NCBI GenBank assembly: GCA_002104945.1
Contig: MCFH01000020.1
Coordinates: 186,001-250,000, forward strand
Direction of reading: 5' to 3'
DNA length: 64,000 nucleotides
DNA from: Piromyces finnis finn
Lineage: Eukaryota; Fungi; Neocallimastigomycota
In this document: positions 38,330-53,600 of the stretch, piece after piece
Position numbering within the stretch: the first letter of the stretch is position 1
How the letters are laid out: each line of letters opens with the position of its first letter
Notes under the pieces: model-generated
What the model saw: only the letters and a program-made list of their open reading frames with translations
What the model was told of the DNA's origin: nothing
Database searches by the model: none
Translations under genes and position numbers: made by a program

Positions 38330-41300
38330 ATGGGAAATGTTATTTCATGCCAGTTTAAATGGTCACAGGAAAATAAATATGAATTAGTAAAATGTGTCGA
38401 AAACTATGATCTTCTTCAAAATTTATTGTCTGTACTTGAAAATATATGTGATAATTATCCAGAAGAATCAAGAACAGAATTCAAAAAAATGATAAAATGG
38501 AGAACAGTCAATATTACTCCGAACACTTTTTTAAATTCTTCAAATTATATTATTAATAAAGACAGTACAAAGTAATTAAATAATAATAATAATAATAAGG
38601 ATAATTTTATATTCATAATATATATTCATAACATATACAACTTTAAATTAATAATAATTAATAATAAAATATATTAATAAATTCGAATTTAATAGTTAAT
38701 ATTTTAAAAAATTATATCATGAAATCGTTAAAAAATGTGTATAATAATTTTTATTTATTTTCTATATTCACATAATTAATATATAATAAGAAATAATAAT
38801 ATCCTTGTATATTCAGCACAATCGCAAAAAAATGGATCACCATTATTTACTTTAGAAGATGATATTACTTCAAATTCCACAAGTGAAAATTCAACTTACA
38901 TAGCAAGAACCTGTACATTAGAACAAATAAATACTATTCTTAAATTGGCAGAGGATAAAAAGTTAATTGAATTACAAAATATGGTTAAAGGTATATTAAA
39001 AATAGAAAATATATTTTAATATAATAATATAATATATGATTAATAATATAAAAACATATTAACTTTTTTATTATTAAAAAATATTTTTAAAAATAAACAC
39101 TTAAAATTGATAAATGTTAATTTTTATGTCAAATTTTTAAAGAGAATAAGGATTTCTATTCATATGTTACCGGTATCTCTGGTAATAATCAAATTAATGA
39201 TATATGGGATACAAATAAACCAAATGACGATGAAGAAACAAGAAAGAGATTTAAATTATTATTAATTTTAAATGCTTGTGATAATAATATGCTTAGAAGT
39301 TTACTTGAAACAAATGTTAAAAATGAAACTATTACTATGAACAAAATTGAATCAGAATTATTAATGATTCAATCATTTTGTGGAAAAGAATATTGTTATG
39401 CTTTAGATTCAATTGAATGGGAATCAGGTATATACACTTTAATAATTGAAATATATATATATATAATTTTAAAATATATAATTTATATTCAATATCATTT
39501 TTTTTCGTTATATAATTGAATAACAGATTACAAATTTGCAAATGGTTGTCGTGCAACTCCATGGAGACAAATATATAATGAACTTGGTTATATTAAGGTC
39601 CTTCCAAAAGATAAAGAAAAAATAATTATTACAGCATGCATAAATGGTTTCTTCATAAACAAAGGATATGTTACTAACGATAAAGGTTTTTATTAACATT
39701 ATATATTTCATTCATTAATTTAAAAATTAAAATGTAAATCAATAAACTTATTATCCATATAATATATATCTTTAATAATAATATCAAAAAAAAAACCAGG
39801 TGTTGAAAATATTGATTATGAAACAAAAAGTTCAGTTTATCCTTCATTAATTAGTCTTCTTAAAGATTATAGTCCACATTTCAATGATAAAATTCAACAT
39901 CAGGAATATTTATATGTCAATAATAATAGTCCTCAAAAAGGTATAATAATGAATTTAAAAATTGTCATATTATATAAAAATATTTTATTTATTATATTGG
40001 GTATATAACAAAATATGTTAAATAGATGAAGAAATAAAAACGATAGTTCCACAACCTAAAACAGAATTAATCTTAGATACAGTTAATGTAAATAGAAAAT
40101 TATAATATTGTCATAATTATTTAATGAAATATTAAAATTAATCAAATAAATATATTTTAAAGATTACTGAAGAAAAGAAAAAAGACACAGATAATACTTC
40201 AAGTATTCCTCAATATAAAGCAGAAACAAAAAAGAAACCAACCGTTAAAAAAAAGTAAATTATTTATTTATTTTAAATAATTAGAATTGGAAAATATATT
40301 AAATTTTAATCAAAATTTAAATTTTATAGTAAGAAAAAATCTGGAACTGCAAGCAAAAAATTGGATTTAAATAGTAAATGGAGGTATAATTATAATAATA
40401 ATATAAGAAAATGAGATTATTCTATTGAAAATTAAAAAATAAAGCTAAAAATAAAACATTTTATAATATTATTATATTAAATAATTATTAGAAATTTGAA
40501 TACTAAAAACGTTGAAATTGGAAGTATATCTAAAGAGATTACTAGAACCAGACCAAAGAAGAAAGTAACAGAGAGTGAAAAATCTTTGAAAGAATTACAA
40601 AGAAAAGCTTCATCTATAATGTCAGAATGGACAAGTGATTCTGAATCAGGTAAATACATAAAATTACTTTAGAAAAATATTAAAGTTTATATAACAATAA
40701 ATTCTTTTTTTAATATCATTATTAATTAATTCATTAATTGAAATATAGAAATTAGTTCCGAAGAGGAAAATCAAGAAAATAGACAAGAAACATGTACCTA
40801 CCTTAAATAATATAAATTAAATATTTTGAAAATATTATTAATTAAATATTTTTATTTTAATTTAAAATTAGCTGAATTACCATCTGAATACTGGCAAATA
40901 CAAAAATTAGTTAAATATTTACGTTGTGGTAATCCAACAGCTACAGTTATTGCTATTTGTTCCTTAAGAGATTTCGATTTATTAAATGGTATAATTTAAC
41001 GACATAAAAATTTTATAATAAAACTACCTAAAAATATATTCATAATAACTTATTTAAATATATATTCTCTAGAAACTAATCAATTAGCTATTAGAGATGT
41101 GGGTGGTTTAGATACCTTAGTTAACTTATTAGATACTGAAGACTCTAAATGTAAAATTGGTGCTTTAAAAATTTTACAATTAATCTCCCAAAATAGTAAG
41201 AGTCAAAGATTAAATTTATAATATCAAAGATATAATAATATTGTTATTAAAATAAAATTAATATTTCATAGTTCAAATTCGTAATGCAATTGCTGATCTC

Positions 41301-43643
41301 GATGGAATGAAAACATTGGTTGATTTATTAAGCGATTCAAATGAAGAATTAAAATGCTTAGCAGCTGAAACTATTGCTAATTGTGCTAAAAATTGTAAAG
41401 GCCTTATTATTATAATATTATATAGATAATTATAAAGATAAATAAAATTAATGTTATTTTAAAAAAAATTATAGCAAGAAATAGAACAGCTGTTCGCCAT
41501 TATAAAGGTATTCGTAAATTAGTCCGTTTATTAAAAGTAACACCAGGTTCAAAAGAAGAAAGAGTTGCTATTTGTGGTGCAATGGCATTATCTAGTTTAA
41601 GTAAAAGTGGTGTGTATAATAATATATAAAAAAAATTTTTTTTTAAAAATATATTTTAATTGTTCATAATAATGTAAATTATTAATTGTTAACTATTATT
41701 AATAATAAAATTATAAGCTAAAAATAAAGTTGCAATTCAAAATGCTGGTGCTATTCCATTATTAGCTAATTTATTAGAGTCTAAAAATGAACAACTTTTA
41801 ATTCCTGTTGTTGAAATTTTAAAAGAATGTGCCTCATCAGGTAAGAAAAAATATAAAAAAAAATTTGACAAAATGATCTTATCCTGTTTAAAAAGCATTA
41901 TTACTAATTACTTTTTTTTATTCTATAAAAAATTATAAATATATAGAGAGTTATAGATTAGCTATTCAAAATTCTGGTATTATTAAATTTTTGGTTGAAA
42001 ATCTATCAAGTGAAAGTGAAGAATTACAAACAAATTGTGCTAGTACTATCTTTAAATGTGCAGAAGATGGTAATTTTTTTCAATTATTTCTTTTTTTTTT
42101 TTTTTGTCCAAATAAATTAATAAGAATTATCTATTTATTCAAATTTATATATTAATTATAAATAAAAGAGGAAGCAAGGGACTTTGTTCGTGTTCATGGT
42201 GGTTTAGCACCATTAGTTAATTTATTAAATAAAAAGGATAATAAAGAATTATTAGTAGCTGCTACTGGTGCTATCTGGAAATGTTCTCAAAATTGTAAGA
42301 AAAAAATTTTATTATTAAAATAAGGTGACATTAAATCATCTATATATCATTAATCTATTTATATATTTCATATATTTTATATATTTATTTTATATATATA
42401 TATATAATAGTGGAAAATGTTAAAGAATTTAATAAACTCAATACCATTAGAAAATTAGTAGAACTATTGGAAAATCAACCAGAAGATGTTTTGATTAATG
42501 TTGCAGGTGCATTAGGTGCTTGTGCTCAAACAGTAGATGGAAGAGAATCTATTCGTTGTAGTGGTGGTATAACTCCACTTGTAAGTTTATTAACAGGAAC
42601 CAATCAAGCACTTCTTGTTAATGTAACCACTGCTGTTGGAGCATGTGCTTTAGATTGTAACTATTAAAAAAATTTTTTATTAAAAAATTATTAATTTGGT
42701 TTATATTAATAGTAATAATTTTATTAATATATTTATTATTAATAAATAATGTTTTTTTTCTATAGCTGAAAGTATGTCAGTTATAGATAAACTTGATGGT
42801 GTACGTCTCTTATGGTCATTATTAAAATCACCAAATCATCATGTCCAAGCAAGTGCTGCCTGGGCTATTTGTCCTTGTATTGAACACGGTAAATATTAAA
42901 TATATTTTATATAAAATATTAAAAAAATCTTTTTAAAAATTTAATTATTCCATTTTTTACAATACTATTTTCTAATAAGTTATATTATTATAATTATATA
43001 ATAATAGCAAAAGATGCTGGTGAAATGGTTAGATCGTTTGTTGGTGGTTTGGAATTAATTGTTAGTTTATTAAAATCAGAACATGTTAATGTATTAGCAA
43101 GTGTTTGTGCATCTATTGCAAATATTGCTAAAGATGAAGAAAACTTAGCTGTTATAACAGATCATGGAGTTGTTCCAATGTTAGCCAAACTTACTAATAC
43201 TAAAAATGATAAATTACGTAGACATCTTGCGGAAGCAATTGCTAGATGTTGTCGTTGGGGTAATAATAAGGTAGCCTTCGGTTCAGCTGGTGCTGTTGCA
43301 CCTCTAGTTAAATATTTAAAGAGTCCAGATGAACAAGTTCATAAGTCAACTGCTCATGCATTACATCAATTATCTATGGATTGTAAATTTTCAATTTTTT
43401 TAATATTAATAATAATTTAATTCATTAAATAAGTAATGTATATTAAAAAATATTTTTTCTTTTTCTCTTTAAATTATATAAATTATAGCAAATAATTGTA
43501 TAACTATGCATGAACATGGTGTAGTACAACTCCTTCTAGGCATGGTAGGGTCATCAGATCCAGCACTTCAAGAAGCAGCTGCTGGTACCATTGGAAATAT
43601 TCGTCGTTTAGCGTTAGCAAGTGAAAAAGCTGCTATGGCCTAA
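38330..43643 (+). CDS. ARMC4: Armadillo-repeat protein ARMC4/ODAD2 (outer dynein arm docking complex subunit; gudu-like); many exons
   Basis: [36 protein letters not shown]...[28 protein letters not shown] and [18 protein letters not shown] closely match ARMC4 as I recall it. The 5' exons are less certain. Confidence 0.92.
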
Positions 43644-44155
43644 TTAAAATTTTAAAAATACACAGAAATATCAAGTAATATCAAATACATCTATTGTTTT
43701 TTTTATTATTTATTTCATTGATCAAATTTTTTTTTTTTTTAATTACCAAAAGTATTTATAGATATCAAATTATTAAAAAGTATTTCATATACATATTTTA
43801 TAATATCATTTAATTATGTTATATCTTTTTTATCGGTTATTTTCTTTTTCATTCATAAAAAATAAAGTTTTTTTTTTTTTGTATTCTTTTTATTTTCTAT
43901 AAATTATTGATTTCTTTTGAATCATTTTCAATTTTATATTAGTAATTAATAATATTATTTAATATGTAATATACTTTAATAAATAAAAATTTAATTAATC
44001 ATTATTTTTCCAAAACTATACTATATATGTATTGTACCACTAAATTATTTTTTATATCAAAAAGTTTTATAAAAATATTTACTACTCCATTACCAATTTC
44101 TTTATATTTTTTTTTTTTAAAAAAAAATAAAAAATAAAAATTATATATATATATT

Positions 44156-46819
44156 ATGAATACATTACCAATACCGAAACCATTACCTTCGATACCTTTA
44201 TATAATGATATTAATAAAAATAATATTATTGAATTACAATTAATTATCAATTATATAATAGATTCATCATCATTGATATCCTTAGATACTGAATTTACAG
44301 GATTAGGTAAACTTTCGGATGGTATAAGAGCAAAGTAAGTAAAAATAACTATAATTTTACTATGTATAAGCTATTGTCATATTAATATATTATAATATAA
44401 TTAATTAATATTCTTTTTTATTATTATAACTGTAATTATTATTATAATTATCATATTATCTAAATCCAATATAAAAATTAAACATTTTAAAACTATAATG
44501 AATTGAAAAGAAATTTAACTGACCGTTATATAGCATTAAAAAATGTAGCTTCAAAATATGCACTTGTTGCATTTGGGCTTTCATTATTTTTAAAATCTGA
44601 AAACCAAAAAGAAGACCAAAATTGTATTCAATACCAGAATCATAGTTTTAATTTTTTAATGTTACCTCAGGTATAATATATACATTAATCAATTTTTTAA
44701 ACTTAATATTGTTTTATTTAAAAAAAATGTTTATAATAATAATGACGATAATAGTAATAATAATAAAGTATAGGGCATATGTATTAATTTATATATTTTA
44801 TATATTTTTAAATTAATATAGCATGACTATTTGCAAAGTTCAAAAAGTATGAAATTTTTAATTGAGAATGGTTTTGATTTTAATAACCAAGCATTGAAAG
44901 GAATACCATATTTTCCAGGAGAAAATAGAGTATGTATAATTATATACTTTTTATGTAATATTATAATTAATATAAAGTCATTTATTATTTGTTAAACTTA
45001 AATTTTTAAATTATAAATAGATAAATGATAATAATCCATTGTCAGAATATAATAAAGTTATGAGAAGAATATTTAATAGAATTTTAAAAAGAGCAAGAAA
45101 AGTTCCTGTAATAGTGCATAATGGTCTAATGGATTTAATGTTTCTATATCAAAGTTTTTTTGCACCTTTACCGGATAAATTAGATACCTTCATAGTGGAT
45201 TTAGCTAAAATGTTTCCATGCGGAATTTATGATACAAAATATATAGCTGATTATGTTTTGAGAGAAAGTTCTTCTTTCCTTTCATATTTATTTAGAAAAG
45301 AGTAAACATTTATAAATAATTAAATATATAAATAATAATAATTTATTTTATAAAATCATTAACATGTAAATCATGTATATATGTATATGATATTATATAT
45401 AAATTTTAGAGAAAGAATTCAATTATATAACAAAAACATTAAAAAAAGTAAATATATAAAATGTCTCATTAAGAAAAAAATTAATTGTATCGAACAACTT
45501 AAAAAAAAAAAAGTTCCAATGAAAAGACCACTTGATACCGGTAAAATATATTGTGAACAATATGCGGTAAGTTCTAGAGTAATTAATAGTTATGCATATT
45601 ATATAATACTTGATGTAATGTGTATATAATTAATAATAATTTTATTTTGTATAATTATTTATTAATATAATAGGCTCATGGATTTTGTATTTTTGGAAAA
45701 GATTGTACAAAAACTCATAACCTTGATGTTATTTTGGATGAACAAATGAAAGAAAAACTTAAACCATCGAAAAGAAAGAGAAGAAAGGATAGAAAAAAAA
45801 TGAGACTTGAAAAACAAAAAGAAGAAGTTTTAAATCAATTAAATGAAATCATTAATAGTAATAATGTTAAAGAGTCTAATTCTGAAATGAGTCAAGACTC
45901 AAATAATAATAATAAAAGCGATTCCAATAATAATACTGATAATAATGAAAATAATAATAATAATGATAAAAATGATACTAATAATAATGATAACAATGAT
46001 AATAGTAATAAAAATGAAATAAGTGAAAGTATTGCTAATCAAAGTAAAGAAAATACTAATACCGATCAAATAAGCTGCAATAACAATGAAGCTGAGCAAT
46101 CAAAAGATAGTGAAAATAAAATTGATACTAAATCGGATAATAGTATCATTGTTAGTCAAAAAGAAAACGAAAATGGAAATGGAAATACCGTCAATGATAA
46201 TGACAATAAAACTAACTCTACCAATGATGATAGTAAGGATGATAAAAAAGAAATTGGAAGCAACATTATGAATAATAATGATGATAGTAATAAAATGGAT
46301 AATGAAAATGATAGCATCAATACAAGGGATGATAACAAAAAAATTAAAGAAAATAACAAAACCAATATTAGCAATGATAGTAATAATATGAATAAAAAAG
46401 ATGATAAAGAAGAAAATAGTTGTGGAAAACCAACAGAAAATGAAAATGACAGTGAAACTGATGAACCTGAAGTCGTCGAACCTTTAATTATATTTGAAAA
46501 TCAAGGAACTCAAAATCAAAGTAACTTACAATATACCCATGCACAATCAGAAAATATAAATAATGGTCAAAATCCAAATATAATAAATACAAGTTCAGTA
46601 GTTATAAAAAATTTTGAAACCTACCACTCAGCTTACTTTGATGCCTTTATGACTGGTTATGTATTTTGTTGTCAATGTATTGAATCTGAAGAAGAAATAT
46701 TAGGAAGTGAACATGTTAATAAACTTTACATTATTGGAAAGCCAATGCCTTTATTAATTCATTCTAGTCCATATACCAAAAATAGTGAACAATGTTTAAA
46801 GATTTTAGAAACAATATAA
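44156..46819 (+). CDS. TOE1: TOE1-like CAF1/DEDD 3'-5' exoribonuclease with CCCH zinc finger and basic NLS; multi-exon
   Basis: ISLDTEFTGLG; PVIVHNGLMDLMFLYQSFFAPLP...GIYDTKY; spliced CEQYAAHGFCIFGKDCTKTH zinc finger; KRKRRKDRKK; HSAYFDAFMTGYVF. Confidence 0.85.
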
Positions 46820-47358
46820 ATTATTGATGATACTTATCATTTATATTAGAATATATATTTATTTCTAAATAAGACTATTTACTTACTAGTTTTAATTTTT
46901 TTTCTCTCTATTAATTATTTAAAAAAAAAAAAAAAAAAAAAGAATTGTAATAAAAATTAAATTCTTTAATTTTTAAAATTTTAATTAACTTAATTTTTAT
47001 TTTTTTTTTAAAGAGGAAAAAGGTTTTGTTTAACCAATAAAAAATATTAAATTAATCTCAAAACCCGATCGTTAAAATTTTTTGATGCCTGTTAATTTAA
47101 TTTGTGTTAAATTAAAATATTTTTTTTTTTTAAATATATTGATTTTGAAATTTCAAATTATTAGTAATTAGAAATTTTAAAATATTAAAAGTCATAAAAA
47201 ACAAAACAATAAAAAAAAAAGTTATTCGACTTTATTAAAGTATCAAAATTAGCAATATTAAATATATTAAATTTAATTATATTAAGAATTTAAATTTATA
47301 AAAAATATAATATTTCCATTTTACATTTTACATATATAAATTGCTCAATTAAATTAAG

Positions 47359-48779
47359 ATGGATAGTACAATAATGCCAACTAATACTGCTGCTAATGCA
47401 CCAGAATATAAAACTTTTGAAAATAAAAATATTTCAGAAAAGGGAATTATTATTGGAGATTGGAAAATAACAACAAGAAAAGATCGAATTTTCAATAGTG
47501 AAGAAATTGATAAGTAAATTTTTATTTAATAAATTTTAATAGTTATAAAATTATTTTAATAAAATAAAAAAAGTTGAAACCAGAAAATAAATTTTATATA
47601 CAGCTATACAGTTTTATATATATATATATAGTTATTAATATATTTTATTTTATATATTTATAAAAATAAAATAAAATAAAAAAACTAATATAGAATGATA
47701 AAGTTTAAAATAAATTTCATTTTAATTTTAATAATAAACATTTAAATTTACATATATTTTTTATTTAATTATATATTATTTTTTTATATGTTATAAAGAA
47801 CCCTTGATGAAATTAAAATTCCACAATTACCTGAAATGTTCTTTGGTTATAATCATATTACAATAGAGAATACCACAACCGGTAGTAAATGGACATGTAA
47901 TTCAATTGATGCCATCCGCCAAGTTCAAATTAATTTAAAAGAAAATGAAAATTGGATAAAGGTTGCTGTTGCCGATAAATGGAATGCTTCAAGAAAGTTT
48001 GTTATCCTCACATTATCATAAATTATAAAATATAATTTTAAACTGTTGTAATCGATAATAACATTATAAGTTCTATATTTATATTATCTTTCGCTTATAT
48101 TAAAATACAATATATAACAGTAGTAAAGAAGAAGAAGAAAAAAAGAAAATTCAAAGGCCATATGACTGGACATTCTCTACAGATATCAGAGGAAGAATAG
48201 AAAATGGTGTAAGTCATTAATTATAAATTACAAATAGTATTAAAAATATAGAAAAGACATTATTCCAACTTAAACATTTTGAAAAATCAACATTGTATTA
48301 AAATATTTAAATATAGTAATAAGAATAAATAAAGTAATTAATTCATAATTTTTATTAAATTTTTAGGAAGCTGTAGTCACTAAAGAACAAATAGATATGA
48401 GAAAGTTAATGAGAAGAGATCCAATTTTATTTTTTGATCAAGTAATATTATTTGAAGATGAATTAGCAGATAATGGTATTGCTACTCTTGATGCTAAAAT
48501 TGTTCGTACTATGAATAAAATATTCTATATTCTTATAAATAATAAAAGTAAGTTGAAATTAATACCAATTTTTTTTTATTTATATATAGCGTGTTATGCC
48601 AACAGGTGCATTTGTACTACTTCGTTTCTTCCTTAGAATAGAAAATGTTTTATTCAGAGTGAATGAAACTAGAATATATCTCGAATTTGATAAAGGATAT
48701 ATGTTGAGTGAATATCTTAGTAGAGAACAACCATTTGATGATTTCAAAAAGGTATACTATTTCTTATTATAACTATTCC

Positions 48780-48831
<52 letters not shown>

Positions 48832-49186
48832 TTGAATTCAATATTTAATAATTCAATTTTTTACTATATATTCCTAACATTAATGGTTTAAAATTTGGTA
48901 TTAACAGTATTTACCACCACCAAAACCATGGGAATTAGAAAAAGAAGAAAAACAAAAATTAATTGAAGTTAAAATGTTTGCTGATTCTAATTGGGTTTCA
49001 AGTTATATGATTAAAAAGGATGATGCTTCAATCATGAATGTTTCAGAAAAAATCTTGGATCAAAATATTGAATTAGAAAATAGTCTATATAATAATAAAT
49101 TATTGACACCAGAAAAGCTTGATCTACCAAAGTCAACCTTTGGAAACGGAAATGTTAATTATGTTATTTTTGAAAAAATAATGTAA
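47359..49186 (+). CDS. TIP41: TIP41/TIPRL, regulator of PP2A-family phosphatases; multi-exon
   Basis: PQLPEMFFGYN, RPYDWTFSTD, KLMRRDPILFFDQVILFEDELADNG, RVMPTGAFVLLRFFLRIENVLFRVNETR. Confidence 0.93.
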
Positions 49187-50633
49187 TTTCTATACAAGCA
49201 ATAATATCCATACTTTTATGTTGTTTTTTATTGTAATTAATCGATAATAATTATTATTAAATATTTTAAATATTTATAATTAATAATATTCTTAAAAATT
49301 AGTAAAAAAAAAAAAAAAAAAAAAACCCTCTTAATAATATCTGTAAATTAATTTAAATTTTAAAGAATAAAATAATAAAATAATTGAATAAGATAAAAAT
49401 ATATATATTTTACAATTACCTTTAATATGAATATAAAAAAAACAAAGAATAAGTATAATATGAATTAATATAAACTATATTTTTATATTTACAGGTTATA
49501 TATATATATAAACTCAAATCCATCTTTATATTTGACACTTCTTTATTAAATACAAAGAAATTAATAATTATAAAAATTTTTAAATTACATTACATTACAA
49601 TCATTAATGTACATAAAATTTTTAATATTAAAATACAATGAAATTTCAAATATATTTTAAAAGTTTTTTATGTTCTCTCATTTTTATAATAAAAGCTTTA
49701 AAATAGCTTTCAATACTATTAAGAATATTATTTCTACAATTTCAATAATATTAATCATAATACTTTCATAGAAATGTAGTTGACACTTCACGAAAGTTGT
49801 TGTTGTTATTGTTGTTGTTGTTATTTTAAATAATAAAAAATAAATAATATAATGAAAATAACTATTCTTTATTATTAATATTTTTTTAAAAATTTAATAT
49901 TTAATATGAAATAAAAATATTATACCATAATTTTTAAAATAAAAAAAATTTCAAAAAAAAATTACGAAATTTTTATAAAATTATTTGCTTTTTTAATATA
50001 AAAAAAAAAAAAAACAATTTTCATAATGGATTTATTTCCAATAAATTTATTTGACATTTATTTTTTTCTTTCTCTTTTTTCTTTTAAGTTTTATTTTTTC
50101 TTCTTATTTTAATTATATTAACAGTTATAAAAGTATTCACTTTTAAATAACATAAAGAAAGAGTAAAGAATTAAGATTAAAAAAATTTAAAAGGTTATAA
50201 AATAGATAATTAATGATTTTTACGGCAACCAAAAATTATTAAAAGTAACCGCATTTATTTTATTTTTATTTTAATTTTAATTTACAATAGAAATAAAATA
50301 TATTTTAGTTATTTAATTTTTATAACAAAATATTTAGTATAAATAATAGAAAAAAAAAATATTTATATAAATAGATAAAAGGTTTTCTATACTTTATATT
50401 TTATTCATAAAAAAAAAAAACTTTTTTATTTTTAAAACATAATTTTAAATATTAAAAAGCAATATTAATTTATTTGTTTTTTTGCTATTGGAATTTTTTT
50501 TAATAAATACTATTTAAATAAATTTCAATAATTTAATTATATATAGTTAGATATAATAAAATTATTCAACAGAATTACTGTATTTTAAAAAAAAAAAGAT
50601 ATTTTTATTTTATATAAAAATAATAAATTTAGT

Positions 50634-53600
50634 ATGAGTAATAATATAAGTAATTCACCTAATAATGAAACCTTTTCATTATTTAATGAATTTAAAAAAG
50701 AGACAAAATATTACTTAAGAGGAAACAAAATTCCTCATATTCATAATAATGATTTAGGTATTAATAATCCTGAAATTCAAGAAATGTCACCAATTGATAC
50801 TAATAAAAATACTAAAAATAAAAATAATATTTTTTCAAATTTATCTTCTGAAAAAAAGATACATACAACGGAAAAAAGAAAATCAATTGCTAAAAGCGAT
50901 AATGATTCATCAAAAGCAAAATCATCCATAAGTAATAATAAGACTGATTCAAAAACATCTATCCATTCATCAAATTATATCACACCATCCTCAAAATTAA
51001 ATTTAAAAAATAGTTTAACAAAGAAAATTAAAATTAAAATAATTAATTCCACCACCACTAGTAAGCATTCTGTATCAAAAAATTCTACTTTAAAATCTAA
51101 ATTAAATGAGCATGAAAAGAAAAAAACCATTGCCAGAAATACAAAAATTCAAGATTTATTAAAAAAGGTAGATGAAAAGAAAAAGGAATTAAATGACTAT
51201 TATTTAAAAAAAAATCATGATTCATCAAATAAAAAAAGAAAAATATCAAATTTTGATGAAAATCTCCATAAAATTAAAACTGGAAATACTGATAAAAGTT
51301 ATTCAATAGATAAAGCTTCAGAAGAACTTTCTTTATATAAGGAATTCAAAAAGGAAAATATAGATGAAAATTCTAATAATGATGAATTGCATACAAGTAC
51401 TTTTAATGAAAACGAAAAAAGTAATTCAAGTATAATGGAAATGAAAAAGGAGAAAGAAATTATTGATGAAATAAATAATACAACCATTAGAGTAAATAAA
51501 AATGAAGCAAATAGTAATTCTAATGATAACGATAATGGTAATTCTAAAAGAAAAAATAAAAATGATAATGATAATAGTATAAATACTATTAACAATAGTA
51601 ATAATGTTAATAATAATATTATGAATATTGATAAAATAGAAAATAAACAAAAAAGTGATAATAATGATTGTAGTACTAACAGCAATGTTAGTAATAATAA
51701 TAATAAAAATAGTAGCAGTAATAGTAATAATGATGACAATAATAAAACAAATAATAATCATTATCATAACAATAATAACATTTGCAAAAATATTAGTAAC
51801 ACCAATAAAATACATAATACTAGTATGAATAATGATATGAATCAAACTGATGACTTTCTTTTAAAAATGATGAATATGAATTTAATTGATAAAAATAAAA
51901 ATAATAATGAAGAGAAGAAGGTAGGTAATGATAAAGAATTATCAGAAGTTGAACTTTTACTTTTAAATAGTTACAATACCTCTATAAAGACTCTTTTAAA
52001 AGAAGAAGAGAATAACAATATTAAAAATAATAATGAAAAAATAGAAAATAATCAATTGTATTTCAATAACAAAACAAAACCATTAAACCAGTATAATATG
52101 AATTTTTCTGATATAAATTCATCACAAACATCTTCTAATTCACTATTTATTGATAATATTAATAGTAGTCAAGAATCATCAATGAGTAATTCTGCACATC
52201 TTTATGGAGATAATAATTTTTTAAATAATTATACAAATCCAAATGATTTTTTATTTGATAATCAATTTAAAAGTTTATTTGTAAAAGGTAGTATTTTGAA
52301 AAAAATTTTTTTTTTTTTTTTTTTAATATTCCTTTTTTCATTTTAAACTAACTATAAAATTAATATTATGTATAAATTTATTTTTTATTTCTTTTTTTTT
52401 TTTTTTTTTTTTTTTTGATGGGAATTTAGGAAAACTAGATAATATGATTAATTCACCAGATATTTCTCAAAGAAAAAGAGGTAGAAAAAAGAAAGTGGTC
52501 TCAAACGATAATGCAAATAATAACCAAGAAAAAGAAAATAAGAAAAAATTATTATTAGAAAAAAATAATACAGTTAAGAATTCTGAAAATCCTGATTCGA
52601 ATAATACTAAGGATCAAAGTAGCCTACCAAAAGTTAAAGATAGTTCATATTTTATTGAAAAACGTAAAAGAAATACAGAGGCCTCGGCAAGATTTCGTGC
52701 TCGTAAAAAGCAAAAAGAACAATCTATTAACAATTTATGTCAAAAGTTAGATATCGAAAATAAAAAATTAAAGTATCATTTACTACTTAGTGATAAAAAG
52801 ATTAAATGGTTAGAAGAATTACTTTTAGAAAAAAGTAAATTAGGAAAGGAAACACAAGAAAATTCTAACAAAAATTTAAATAATATTATGGAAACTAACC
52901 ATAATTATTCCTTTCTTCCAATGAACAATTCCTTTAATTATAATTATGGTAATGAGTACCAAGAAATGAATATTAATTTTAAAACGTTATCTCCAACAAA
53001 ATCAAATAATAATATAAATGAAAAGTTTAATTCTTTTTTAACTAATACCCCAATTCAAGGATTAGCACCTAATATCTTTAATCCTTCCCTTCTTAAAAAT
53101 AAATCATATGAAAGTATGAAAAAACCAAATCCGTGGCAAGATATGAATAATCCATTTCTAGATAAAAAGGGAATTGGTAATACTAATATAAATATTGTTA
53201 TAATAAATTGTTAAGAGTCATTAAATTTTATTAATATTTTATATATGTATATAAATTAATATGTATATAAAAAAGATGACAATATTCAATTTAATATGAA
53301 TGAATCTCTATTTAAAAAACCAGATTTCTTAATGAATTTATTCAACAACAGCAATGGTAATAATAATAAACAAGATGAAGATAAAAGAAAAAAAAAGAAA
53401 AATTCAAATACACCTTCAATGTCAAACATGAATAGTACAAGTTCTACTCCTAATAAACAAAAATCAAAAGATATTTCTCAACTTAATCCTACCGAAATAA
53501 ATATAAATAATTTATCTTCCCCTTCAACTTCACTTTACAATCCAATTCACGATGGGAATAATACAACGAATCTTTCTAATTTTGGTAAATTTGAATATTT

